This document shows, in pieces, positions 36,032-43,936 of a DNA stretch of 43,936 nt; positions within the stretch are counted from its first letter, which is position 1, and the number at the start of each line of letters is the position of its first letter. The stretch spans positions 1 to 43,936 of the forward strand of contig JAIROF010000173.1 in NCBI GenBank assembly GCA_031257655.1, read 5' to 3'. This DNA is from Prevotellaceae bacterium. GTDB lineage: Bacteria; Bacteroidota; Bacteroidia; Bacteroidales; UBA932. The notes beneath the pieces are model-generated. The model did not search any database, was not told where the DNA came from, and saw only the letters and a program-made list of their open reading frames with translations. Made by a program: the position numbers and the translations under genes.

Positions 36032-36748
36032 ATGACAACCTACCAAAAAATCAACACCATCTACAAGCGCGACATGGGCAGCAACAGCAAGCGCCTGCTC
36101 GTAGGCGAGTGGTCGCAGCCCGAATTTGAGTACCTGAAGGACAACCAGTGGGAGTGGACGGAAAAAATTGACGGCACCAACATCCGCGTCCACTGGGACG
36201 GCGCGCAGGTGCTCTTTGGGGGGCGCACCGACAAGGCCGACATCCAGGAGCACCTGCTGCAAATGCTGCGGGAAAAATTTACGCCCGAGCTCCTGCGGCA
36301 AGTTTTTCAGCCTTCGGACAGCGACGGCGGCAATGGCAGCAGCAGCGACGGCAATGGCAATGAGGGCAGCAATGGCGGCAGCGGCGGCAATCCGATCAGC
36401 ATCACGCTTTACGGGGAGGGCTACGGCCTAAAAATCCAGAAAGGCGGCAACTATCTTCGCCGCCAGGTTGGATTTATCCTGTTCGACATCAAAATAGGCA
36501 TGTGGTGGCTCAAACGAGCCGACTGCGAGGCGCTGGCGCAGCAGCTGGGTATTCCCATTGTACCCGTTGTTGGCTACGGAACGCTACAGGAGGCGGCGGA
36601 TTTTGTAAGGAAGGGGTTTAAGTCGGTCGTTGCCGAAAACAAGGATTACGACGCCGAAGGGCTGGTGCTGAAGCCCACCGTAGTCCTGCTGGCGCGCAAC
36701 GGGCAGCGCATCCTTACCAAGATAAAGCACTGCGACTTTCGGGATTAG
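36032..36748 (+). CDS. ATP-dependent RNA-ligase-like nucleotidyltransferase (KxDG covalent NTase superfamily) with Gly/Ser/Asn-rich insert
   Basis: 238-aa ORF. Motif I is TEKIDGTNIRV. Motif III-like is ITLYGEGYG. Motif IV-like is AEGLVLKP. Motif V-like is LTKIKH. The low-complexity insert is SDSDGGNGSSSDGNGNEGSNGGSGGN (nt 36315-36392). Confidence 0.65.
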   Translation: MTTYQKINTIYKRDMGSNSKRLLVGEWSQPEFEYLKDNQWEWTEKIDGTNIRVHWDGAQVLFGGRTDKADIQEHLLQMLREKFTPELLRQVFQPSDSDGGNGSSSDGNGNEGSNGGSGGNPISITLYGEGYGLKIQKGGNYLRRQVGFILFDIKIGMWWLKRADCEALAQQLGIPIVPVVGYGTLQEAADFVRKGFKSVVAENKDYDAEGLVLKPTVVLLARNGQRILTKIKHCDFRD

Positions 36749-38166
36749 GAGGCGCCCTTTCGGAGCCTTGCCACCGGAATGCGCAGCATATCGCGGTACT
36801 TGGCTACGGTGCGGCGGGCAATAAGGTAGCCCTGCTTCTTGAGAGCGTCGGCAATTTCCTTATCGCTCAGCGGGTAGCGTTCATCCTCTTCGTCGACCAT
36901 TTTTTTGATAATCGCCTTGAGCGTTCGGTTTGAAATTTCCTCACCGGCGTCGGTTTTCATGGATTCCGAAAAGAAAAACTTGAGCGGATATATGCCGAAG
37001 TTGGTTTGCACGTACTTGTTGCTCACCACGCGCGAAATGGTGGAGAGGTCGTAGCCCGTGTCGCTCGCCACGGAGCGCATCACCATAGGCTGTAGCGTGG
37101 TTTCGTCGCCGGTGGTAAAAAACTCCTTTTGCTTTTGCACGATATCGTTCATCACTATTGCGAGCGTGATGCGCCGGCGCTGGATGGCGTCGATAAACCA
37201 GCGGGCGTCTTCGATTTTTTTGCGTACAAAGGTCGAGGCCTCCCTGTTTTTTTCGTGGTTTTTGAGGAAGGCGATGTACTCCGGGCTTACGCGCAGGTGC
37301 GGTATGTGCCGGGCCGTAAGGGATTGCTGGAGCACTCCGTCTTTGTACTCCACCACAAAATCGGGGATAATTGCCGGCGCGGTATCCGTCACCTCTTCGC
37401 CCAGTCCGGCTCCGGGGCATGGGTTTAGCTTGGTAATTTCGGCAACGGCGGCTTTGAGCTCCCGCCCCGATATGCCCAGCTCGGCGCAAATCTCCTCGTA
37501 GTTTTTTTCCGAAAAATCGTCAAAGGCGCGCTGTATGATGGTTTTTGCCAGCAGCACGGCCCTGTTCTGCACCTCCTTAGCGTTGAGCTGCAGGAGGAGG
37601 CATTCCCGGAGGTTTCGCGCGCCCACGCCCACGGGCTCAAAATCCTGTATCAAGCGCAGCATCTCTTCGAGCTCCGGCTCGCTCACCTGGCAATTTTCTG
37701 TAAATGCCATGTCGTTTGCAATTTCGCTGAGGGGACGGCGGAGGTATCCGTCGCTGTCCAAGCTTCCTATGAGGAAGGCAGCGGCAGCCCGCTGCCGGTC
37801 GTCAACGGGGCGGAGGGAAAGCTGGGCGAGCATGATTTCGTAGAATCCCAGCCGGTTGTGGCCAACAAAAGGCATGTCGCGGCTTTCGCGCGGGTGGTTG
37901 TCATCGCGCAGGCGGTAGGCGGGAATATCTTCGCTTTCGGTAGCAACTTTTGCGGTAACCTCCTCGCCGGTAGCGTCGCTCGCTTTGACCTCCTCCAGCA
38001 CCGGATTGCTCTCCAGCTCCTCATTCACCCGCCGGTCGAGGTCAATGACGGAGAGCTCCAGCAGCTTTATCTGCTGAAGCTGTAGCGGCGAAAGCCGCTG
38101 AAGCTGCTTTTGGGTAAGGGTTTGTGTTTGCACTTGGGTAAGAGGTTTTCCGTCAAAATTCCGCAT
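36745..38166 (-). CDS. rpoN: RNA polymerase sigma-54 factor
   Basis: 473-aa ORF. Gln/Leu-rich region I is [22 protein letters not shown]. The C-terminal RpoN box is [22 protein letters not shown]. Its start overlaps the asnS stop by 14 nt. Confidence 0.93.
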   Translation of the reverse strand: MRNFDGKPLTQVQTQTLTQKQLQRLSPLQLQQIKLLELSVIDLDRRVNEELESNPVLEEVKASDATGEEVTAKVATESEDIPAYRLRDDNHPRESRDMPFVGHNRLGFYEIMLAQLSLRPVDDRQRAAAAFLIGSLDSDGYLRRPLSEIANDMAFTENCQVSEPELEEMLRLIQDFEPVGVGARNLRECLLLQLNAKEVQNRAVLLAKTIIQRAFDDFSEKNYEEICAELGISGRELKAAVAEITKLNPCPGAGLGEEVTDTAPAIIPDFVVEYKDGVLQQSLTARHIPHLRVSPEYIAFLKNHEKNREASTFVRKKIEDARWFIDAIQRRRITLAIVMNDIVQKQKEFFTTGDETTLQPMVMRSVASDTGYDLSTISRVVSNKYVQTNFGIYPLKFFFSESMKTDAGEEISNRTLKAIIKKMVDEEDERYPLSDKEIADALKKQGYLIARRTVAKYRDMLRIPVARLRKGAS

Positions 38167-39553
38167 TTTTGGGCGTTCTGGGGAAGGGGATTACGTCGCG
38201 AATGTTGCTCATACCGGTAACAAAGAGCAGCAGGCGCTCAAAACCCAGGCCAAATCCGCTGTGCGGGGCGGCGCCGAAGCGGCGCGTATCGAGGTACCAC
38301 CACAGCGTTTTGGTATCCATGCCCAGCTGGCCGATGCGCGCCTGCAGCTTTTCGAGGCATTCTTCGCGCTGCGAGCCGCCAATGATTTCTCCGATTTTTG
38401 GGAAGAGCACATCCATGGCGCGTACGGTTTTGCCGTCGTCGTTTTGCTTCATGTAGAAGGCTTTGATGTCGCTGGGGTAGTTTGTCAGGATGACCGGCCT
38501 TTTGAAGTGCTTTTCGACCAAGTAGCGCTCGTGCTCGCTCTGCAGGTCAACGCCCCAGCTCACGGGGAATTCGAATTTTTGCCCGCTTTGCTCCAGAATT
38601 TTCACGCCTTCGCCGTAGTCCAAGCGCACAAATTCGGTGCTGCAAACGCTCCGGAGGCGCTCAATGAGCTCCTTGTCGTACCTATCGTTGAGGAACTTCA
38701 GGTCGTCCATGCAGCGGTCCAGGGCGTAGCGCACCAGCGCTTTGATGAAGTCCTCCGCCAGGTCCATGTTTTCTTTAATTTCGTAGAAGGCCATTTCCGG
38801 CTCAATCATCCAAAATTCGGCGAGGTGTCGCGGGGTGTTTGAGTTTTCGGCGCGAAAGGTTGGGCCAAAGGTGTAGACTTCTCCCAGCGCCATGGCGCCC
38901 AGCTCGCCCTCCAGCTGCCCCGAAACGGTGAGGCTCGTTTCGCGGCCAAAAAAGTCTTCGGCAAAGTCGACGCTCCCCGAGGCGGTGAGGGGGGGATTTT
39001 TGGCGTCGAGCGTGGTCACGCGGAACATTGCGCCCGCGCCTTCGGCGTCGGAGGCCGTTACAATGGGCGTGTGCAGGTAAACAAAACCCTTATCGTTAAA
39101 ATACCGGTGGATGGCGTAGGCCATGGCATGGCGTATGCGGAGCACGGCGCCAAAGGTGTTTGTGCGGGGCCGCAGGTGGGCTATTTCGCGCAGAAATTCG
39201 AGCGTGTGCCCCTTCTTTTGGAGGGGGTAGGCGTCGGGGTCGGCGGCTCCGTAGAGCTCCACGTCGGTAGCCCGAATCTCCACGCGCTGCCCGCTGCCCT
39301 GCGAGGCAACCAGCGTGCCCGTAGCGCGCAGGCAGGCGCCGGTGGTTATCCCCTTGAGGCGGCTCTCCGAAAAGCTTTGCAGGTCAAATACCAGCTGAAT
39401 GCTATGGATGGTAGAGCCGTCGTTGAGGGCTACAAAGGCTACGTTCTTGTTGCCGCGCTTGGTGCGCACCCAGCCTTTTACGGTAACCTCGGCCCCCTCC
39501 CGGCCGCTGCTCAGCAGCTCCGCCACTTTTGTTCTCTCCGGTGTTTTCATCAT
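38153..39553 (-). CDS. asnS: asparagine--tRNA ligase
   Basis: I place the start at ATG 39553 ([14 protein letters not shown]). OB-fold: [25 protein letters not shown]. Class II motifs: [43 protein letters not shown]. The 50-codon upstream extension in the track contains the promoter box. Confidence 0.92.
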   Translation of the reverse strand: MMKTPERTKVAELLSSGREGAEVTVKGWVRTKRGNKNVAFVALNDGSTIHSIQLVFDLQSFSESRLKGITTGACLRATGTLVASQGSGQRVEIRATDVELYGAADPDAYPLQKKGHTLEFLREIAHLRPRTNTFGAVLRIRHAMAYAIHRYFNDKGFVYLHTPIVTASDAEGAGAMFRVTTLDAKNPPLTASGSVDFAEDFFGRETSLTVSGQLEGELGAMALGEVYTFGPTFRAENSNTPRHLAEFWMIEPEMAFYEIKENMDLAEDFIKALVRYALDRCMDDLKFLNDRYDKELIERLRSVCSTEFVRLDYGEGVKILEQSGQKFEFPVSWGVDLQSEHERYLVEKHFKRPVILTNYPSDIKAFYMKQNDDGKTVRAMDVLFPKIGEIIGGSQREECLEKLQARIGQLGMDTKTLWWYLDTRRFGAAPHSGFGLGFERLLLFVTGMSNIRDVIPFPRTPKNAEF

Positions 39554-39588
39554 CTTAAAAAAATTATTAGGCATGCCATTATTTCCTG

Positions 39589-39596
39589 CAAATATA
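39589..39596 (-). promoter_or_regulatory. -7 promoter box (TATATTTG) for asnS-rpoN
   Basis: Exact TAnnTTTG on the - strand, 36 nt upstream of the ATG at 39553. Confidence 0.45.
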
Positions 39597-39743
39597 CATG
39601 AATTTTTTAAATCTCCCGTTATCCGAACAGCGCCGGAGCGCCCAAAGCCGGCAAGGGATATGGCCATCGCCGCTGACGGAAAAGGTGTTGGGGGCATGGG
39701 CATGTGGCGCCGTTGGCCACTTTCTGCGCGCGCACGGCGCTTT

Positions 39744-40820
39744 TCAAAATAAATCCAGCTCCAGCTGGGTGTACCTCTTAGCCGGCTCGCTGGCGGCGTT
39801 GCTCACGCCCAAGCCCAGCAGGCGCACCTTTTGCTGCGACAAGTCCACCTGGCGGAGAATTTCCTTTGCCGTGCTCCAAAGGGTTCGGAAGTGGGTCACC
39901 TTTCCCGGCAGCGTTCGGCTCCGGGTAATGAGCTTAAAGTCGGCGTACTTCACCTTTAGGGTGATGGTTTTTCCGTAAAAGTTCTCCTCCTTCATCCGCT
40001 GCATGACCTCGTTGGCGAGGTGGTGGAGCTCCACGCTGAGGAGCACGAGCGAATCCTTGTCGCGGAGGAAGGTGGTTTCGGCGCTGACGGATTTTGTGAT
40101 GCGGTTGGGCGTTACCTCTCGCAAGTCCACCCCCCTGGCCTGCTCGAAAAAGGTATGGCCTGCCTTCCCAAAGGTGCGGACGAGCTCGGCCTCCGAGCGC
40201 AGCTTCAAATCCCTGCCGGTGAAAATCCCGACGGCGTGCATCCGCTGCGCCGTTACCTTTCCAACGCCAAAGAACTGCTCAATTTTGAGGGATTCGATAA
40301 ATTTTTCGGCCTCCTGAGGTACGACGGCAAAGAATCCGTTAGGCTTTTTGTAGTCGGAGGCAATTTTTGCCAGAAATTTGTTGTACGAAACGCCTGCGGA
40401 GGCCCGGAGGCCTGTTTCGTCGTAAATTCGGCGCTGAATTTCCTTGGCAATGATGGTTGCGGAGGGGATGTTCTTGTGGTTTTTGGTAACGTCCAGAAAT
40501 GCTTCGTCCAGCGCGAGGGGTTCTACCAGGTCGGTATATTCCAAAAAGATAGCCCTGAGGAGCATGGAGATGTCGTGGTATACGTCGAAGCGCGGAGGGG
40601 CAAAAATCAGGTGCGGGCACTTTTTTTTTGCGGTAACGGAAGGCATTGCCGAATGTACGCCGTATGCCCGCGCTTCGTAGCTGGCCGCCGCCACCACTCC
40701 CCGCAGGTCGGGGTGCCCCACGGCCAGGGGTTTTCCGCGATAGGCTTCGTTGTCGCGCTGCTCCACCGAAGCGTAAAAGGCGTCCATATCCACGTGGATG
40801 ATTTTACGAATTGTAGCCAT
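39744..40820 (-). CDS. dinB: DNA polymerase IV (Y-family)
   Basis: 358-aa ORF. Diagnostic sequences: [51 protein letters not shown]. Confidence 0.93.
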   Translation of the reverse strand: MATIRKIIHVDMDAFYASVEQRDNEAYRGKPLAVGHPDLRGVVAAASYEARAYGVHSAMPSVTAKKKCPHLIFAPPRFDVYHDISMLLRAIFLEYTDLVEPLALDEAFLDVTKNHKNIPSATIIAKEIQRRIYDETGLRASAGVSYNKFLAKIASDYKKPNGFFAVVPQEAEKFIESLKIEQFFGVGKVTAQRMHAVGIFTGRDLKLRSEAELVRTFGKAGHTFFEQARGVDLREVTPNRITKSVSAETTFLRDKDSLVLLSVELHHLANEVMQRMKEENFYGKTITLKVKYADFKLITRSRTLPGKVTHFRTLWSTAKEILRQVDLSQQKVRLLGLGVSNAASEPAKRYTQLELDLF

Positions 40821-40847
40821 TGCCGGCGCTTGCGTTTTATCGTTGCG

Positions 40848-42077
40848 CTAAATTCTCTTGGAGAGCCAGTCCTCGGGGTCTTGCTTGGCGGTTTGCTTCC
40901 AGAGCTCAAAGTGCAGGATTGCCCGCGGGCTATTTGGCGCGGAGGCTACAAGTCCGATGGGCTGCTTTGCGCGGACGGCGTCGCCAACGCGCACGGAGAT
41001 GCCCTTGAGGTGGGTGTAAACCGTATAGTAAAGCCCGTGCTGAATGAGCACGCTTGTTACCGATCCGGTGGTGAATATTCTGCGCACCACGCCGTCGGCA
41101 ACAACAGATACCACAGCGCCTTCGGTGGTCGAAAGGTCTATTCCGTTGCTGGTTACCTTAATTCCCTTTAGCACGGGGTGCTCGTAAACGCCAAAGTGGG
41201 TTACCACGATGCTTCGCGCCACGGGGGAAGGGAGGGTTCCGTGCTGCTTTTCAAATTTCAGGGTAAGGGCGTGCTCGTCGGCGATAAATTTTGCGGCCAT
41301 TTCCTTGTTTTTCTGCTCAATTTTTCGTCGCCGCTCAGCTTCTCGGTGGGCTTCTTCTGCAATGGCCGCCTGTATTTGCTCGTTGAGCTGTGCGGCCTGC
41401 TTTTTCTTTGCCTCCAAATCTCGCCTCAGCTCTTTTTCTTTGGTTTGCAGGGCGTATAGGGTCGCCTGGTAGTCCTTTTCTTCGGCGTCTAAGGCGAGCA
41501 GCTCTATGGTTTTTTGGTTAAGCAGGTACTGGTGCTCCGTTTTTTTAACCATCAGCGCCGAGAGTTCGCTTTTGAGCGCTTCGCTTTGCCTGGAGATATT
41601 GTCGGCCTGGTTAATGCGGTGGGTGGAGTAGGCTTTGAGGTAGGTAATTCGCCAGTATGCCTGGTCAAAATCGTCGCTGCTCAGAATGAACATGAGCTGC
41701 AAGTATGGCGTTCGGTTTCGGTAGGCAAAACGCAGCATTTTGGCGTAGTTGTCCTTAAGTCGCGTCAGGTCGTCGTGCAGGGTGGCTATTATTTTTTGCT
41801 TGGCGACCACTTCTACCGAAATAGCCGTGAGCTGCTTGTCTATTTCCTCGATGTAGCTTTTGCGCGTAGCGAGGTTGGCCTGAATGAGGTTGAGGTTGTC
41901 TAAGTTGGCCTTTTGCTCCGACTGTGTACGGTTGATGAGCTCGCTGGTATAGGCAATATCCTTCTCCAGCTGCGTTTTTTGCTGCTCAAGATTTTTTACG
42001 GCGTTTTTGGCGGCATTTTGCGCAAGCGCTGAGGTTGCCCACAAAAACAACAACAATATGACAAACCTGTGCTTCAC
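40848..42077 (-). CDS. EnvC-like murein hydrolase activator (coiled coil + degenerate LytM/M23 domain)
   Basis: The likely start is GTG 42077, overlapping the TPR gene's TGA (GTGA). This gives the signal peptide (M)KHRFVILLLFLWATSALAQ. A long coiled coil follows. In the LytM domain the HxxxD histidine is absent (TSNGIDL) and HxH reads ILHFELW. This resembles the non-catalytic EnvC/NlpD type. Confidence 0.75.
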   Translation of the reverse strand: MKHRFVILLLFLWATSALAQNAAKNAVKNLEQQKTQLEKDIAYTSELINRTQSEQKANLDNLNLIQANLATRKSYIEEIDKQLTAISVEVVAKQKIIATLHDDLTRLKDNYAKMLRFAYRNRTPYLQLMFILSSDDFDQAYWRITYLKAYSTHRINQADNISRQSEALKSELSALMVKKTEHQYLLNQKTIELLALDAEEKDYQATLYALQTKEKELRRDLEAKKKQAAQLNEQIQAAIAEEAHREAERRRKIEQKNKEMAAKFIADEHALTLKFEKQHGTLPSPVARSIVVTHFGVYEHPVLKGIKVTSNGIDLSTTEGAVVSVVADGVVRRIFTTGSVTSVLIQHGLYYTVYTHLKGISVRVGDAVRAKQPIGLVASAPNSPRAILHFELWKQTAKQDPEDWLSKRI

Positions 42078-43876
42078 TGCTTCACTTTGCTTATTTTTTC
42101 TTGCAGCTGCGGCGAATTTCCCCCATTTTCCACCACTCGCTGCCAATAAATCAGGGCGTTGCTATACTCCTTTAGCTTGTAGAGCACATCGCCGTAGTGC
42201 TCCAGCATTACCGGTTCTTTGTCGCCGCCCTTAACCAGCGCCTGCCGGAAAATTTGCTTTGAATCGTCGTACCTGCCCATGCAGTACAAAATCCATGCGT
42301 AGGTATCGAGAAAAATCGGGTTTTCGGGTTCGGCGTCGATGGTAATCTTGCTTAGCGCCAGCGCTTTTTTCAGCTTTCGGTTGCTCAGGCTCAGGCAGTA
42401 GGCGTAGTTGTTCATGGCCGTGTAGCTGTTGGGGGTAAGGCGGAGCAGGAGGTTAAAGTAGTTGTCGGACTTGGCGTAATTTTTCAGGTTAAAGTAAACG
42501 TCGGCCAGCGATGAGTAGAGCCTCGCTAAGAATGCGGTGTCGGCGGGTTCGGCGTGGTGCTTTTGGGCTTGCAGGAAAGCGTCGAGGGCGCTGTGGTAGC
42601 CTTTTTGCTGGGAGTAGGCCAGGCCCTTTACGAAAAAGGCTGTATGCTTATCGGGCAGCAGGCTGGCGTATCGGTCGGCTTCGCGCAGCAGCAGGTCCCA
42701 CTCCCGGCCGCCAACGAGCAAATCTAAGTAGAGCTGCCACGCCTCGTGGAAGGCAAGGTATTCGTTGGCGTGGGATGCAAAGAATTTCGATTTTTTTCCG
42801 CTGAGGATTACGTCTCTCAGGGCGTCGTCATTTTCGCCTCTCAGCGTCATCAGCTTGAGGATGCTGAGGGCGTACCCCAGCCTGCCCGTTTGGAGGAGGT
42901 AGGCTGCGTATATCGCCTCCAGCTGGTAGCTGTAGGCCGATCGCGCCAGCGCGTAGAGTGAGTCTATTGTAGCGGTGTAGCCCTGCTCTACGGAGGGGAA
43001 GCGCTGCAGGAATGCCAGCATTTGCCACTTTTGCAGCGTTGGCGTCGATTCGTTGGAAAACAGCTGCATCAGGCTGCGAAAGTAGCTGTCGAAGCTGGAG
43101 GTGCGGCGGTAGAAGTCCGACAGGGAAAGCTGCAGCTCATACGAGGTAGAATCGAGCGCTTTGGCCTGCAAAATCGCATCAAAGGCGAGCGAATCGGATT
43201 TGGCCACGCCGTACAGCTCGGAGAGGAGTAGCCAGTACTGCTGCTCGTTGGGGTAGAGGGCCAGCAGCTGCCTCACCTCGCCAATGGCTTCGCTCACCTT
43301 ACCCTGCTTCAGCAGGACGTTTTGCATGGAGAGGATGTTTGGCTCGGTGGGGCCAAACTTTTGCCGGTGGTGCACGAGCAGCTGCTCGGCCTTGTCGTAG
43401 CGCCCCTGTGCGTCGTAAATTGCCAGCAGGGCGTGGTAGGCTTCCGCGATTTGAGGATTTTGCGCAATGGTTTTCCTGAAAAAATGCTGCGCATCAGCGC
43501 CCGTATTTGCGCAGAGCTGCGCCAGGTGGAGGGTGTACCAAACGTTAGCCGAATCGAGCGCGTAGGCTGCCTCGGCCAGCCGGCGCGCCTCCGGCAGGCG
43601 TCCCCTCAGGGCGTAGGCGTTGGAGAGCTCGTAGTAGCAGGCGTCGCAGTAGGGGTCGGCTTTGATGGCCTGCTCAAAGCAGTAGGCGGCGCTGCCCGCG
43701 TCGCCGTACAGAAGCCGCCTTTTACCCTCGCAGAAAAAGAATATTTGCTTCATGCGCTTGTGCTCAGACACAGCCTTTCGCTTGCCCGTCGGCGGCGCCG
43801 GCAGCTTGGCCCCCACCGCCGACGGAGCGGCAATGGCGAGAAAAAAAAGAAAAATTATGGTTTTCAGACAGCTCAA
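42074..43876 (-). CDS. tetratricopeptide-repeat protein, secreted/periplasmic
   Basis: 600-aa ORF with a TTG start in the track; the true start is uncertain. N-terminal signal is LKTIIFLFFLAIAAPSAVGA. TPR-like helical pairs run throughout, e.g. AYCFEQAIKADPYCDACYYELSNAY and AYCLSLSNRKLKKALALSKITIDAEPENPIFLDTYAWILYCMGRYDDS. Confidence 0.8.
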   Translation of the reverse strand: MSCLKTIIFLFFLAIAAPSAVGAKLPAPPTGKRKAVSEHKRMKQIFFFCEGKRRLLYGDAGSAAYCFEQAIKADPYCDACYYELSNAYALRGRLPEARRLAEAAYALDSANVWYTLHLAQLCANTGADAQHFFRKTIAQNPQIAEAYHALLAIYDAQGRYDKAEQLLVHHRQKFGPTEPNILSMQNVLLKQGKVSEAIGEVRQLLALYPNEQQYWLLLSELYGVAKSDSLAFDAILQAKALDSTSYELQLSLSDFYRRTSSFDSYFRSLMQLFSNESTPTLQKWQMLAFLQRFPSVEQGYTATIDSLYALARSAYSYQLEAIYAAYLLQTGRLGYALSILKLMTLRGENDDALRDVILSGKKSKFFASHANEYLAFHEAWQLYLDLLVGGREWDLLLREADRYASLLPDKHTAFFVKGLAYSQQKGYHSALDAFLQAQKHHAEPADTAFLARLYSSLADVYFNLKNYAKSDNYFNLLLRLTPNSYTAMNNYAYCLSLSNRKLKKALALSKITIDAEPENPIFLDTYAWILYCMGRYDDSKQIFRQALVKGGDKEPVMLEHYGDVLYKLKEYSNALIYWQRVVENGGNSPQLQEKISKVKQ

Positions 43877-43910
43877 ATTTTAAGCATACAAAAAAATTAG
43901 CAGTAAAAAT

Positions 43911-43936
43911 CAGCAGCAGCAGCAGCAGCAGCAGCA
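43911..43936. repeat. (CAG)n trinucleotide repeat running off the window edge
   Basis: CAGCAGCAG... has at least 8.6 copies up to the last base of the window. Its context is unknown. Confidence 0.9.

Noticed and set aside
39554-39703. Upstream extension of the asnS ORF
   Set aside because: It contains the TATATTTG box at 39589-39596. AsnRS similarity begins at MMKTPERTK.
40020-41171. 383-aa ORF on the + strand
   Set aside because: It spans the dinB / EnvC-like gene boundary on the opposite strand and is a shadow ORF.

Overview
43.9-kb chromosomal window from a high-GC Bacteroidota genome. The phylum is inferred from T9SS genes, a PorP/SprF homologue, TAnnTTTG -7 promoter boxes and short leaders without Shine-Dalgarno sites. 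There are about 25 real genes; the many long ORFs antisense to them are GC-driven shadows. Housekeeping backbone: methylmalonyl-CoA mutase alpha subunit, polyprenyl synthase plus bactofilin, an AsmA-like protein, an orphan sensor kinase, a GH43 hydrolase, the coaX - OMP - lptC - CNNM/CorC - ppiD block, sufB, asnS-rpoN, dinB, an EnvC-like degenerate LytM protein and a TPR protein. Accessory content: (1) An AT-rich island of about 4.6 kb (roughly 2.3-6.9 kb). It holds a HEPN/MNT pair whose HEPN frame is broken in a homopolymer, and a tightly coupled three-gene operon: DUF262 protein / ABC-type ATPase with DUF3696-like tail / 271-aa orphan protein. This operon is the best candidate here for a poorly characterised anti-phage system, possibly Menshen-like. 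(2) A T9SS cargo operon of about 13 kb: a PorP/SprF-like protein, a 3094-aa DUF11-repeat adhesin with a type-B C-terminal sorting domain and a compositionally distinct N-terminus, and a PorE-like TPR/beta-propeller protein whose cell-wall anchor looks like SPOR rather than OmpA_C. (3) A stand-alone RNA-ligase-like nucleotidyltransferase with a low-complexity insert. (4) Unusual non-coding elements: a nested palindromic element of about 530 bp, period-7 satellite arrays with GC-rich hairpin modules at two loci, and a promoter-to-terminator candidate sRNA. No rRNA, tRNA, CRISPR array, integrase or transposase was recognised. All family assignments come from reading motifs by eye; no searches were run.
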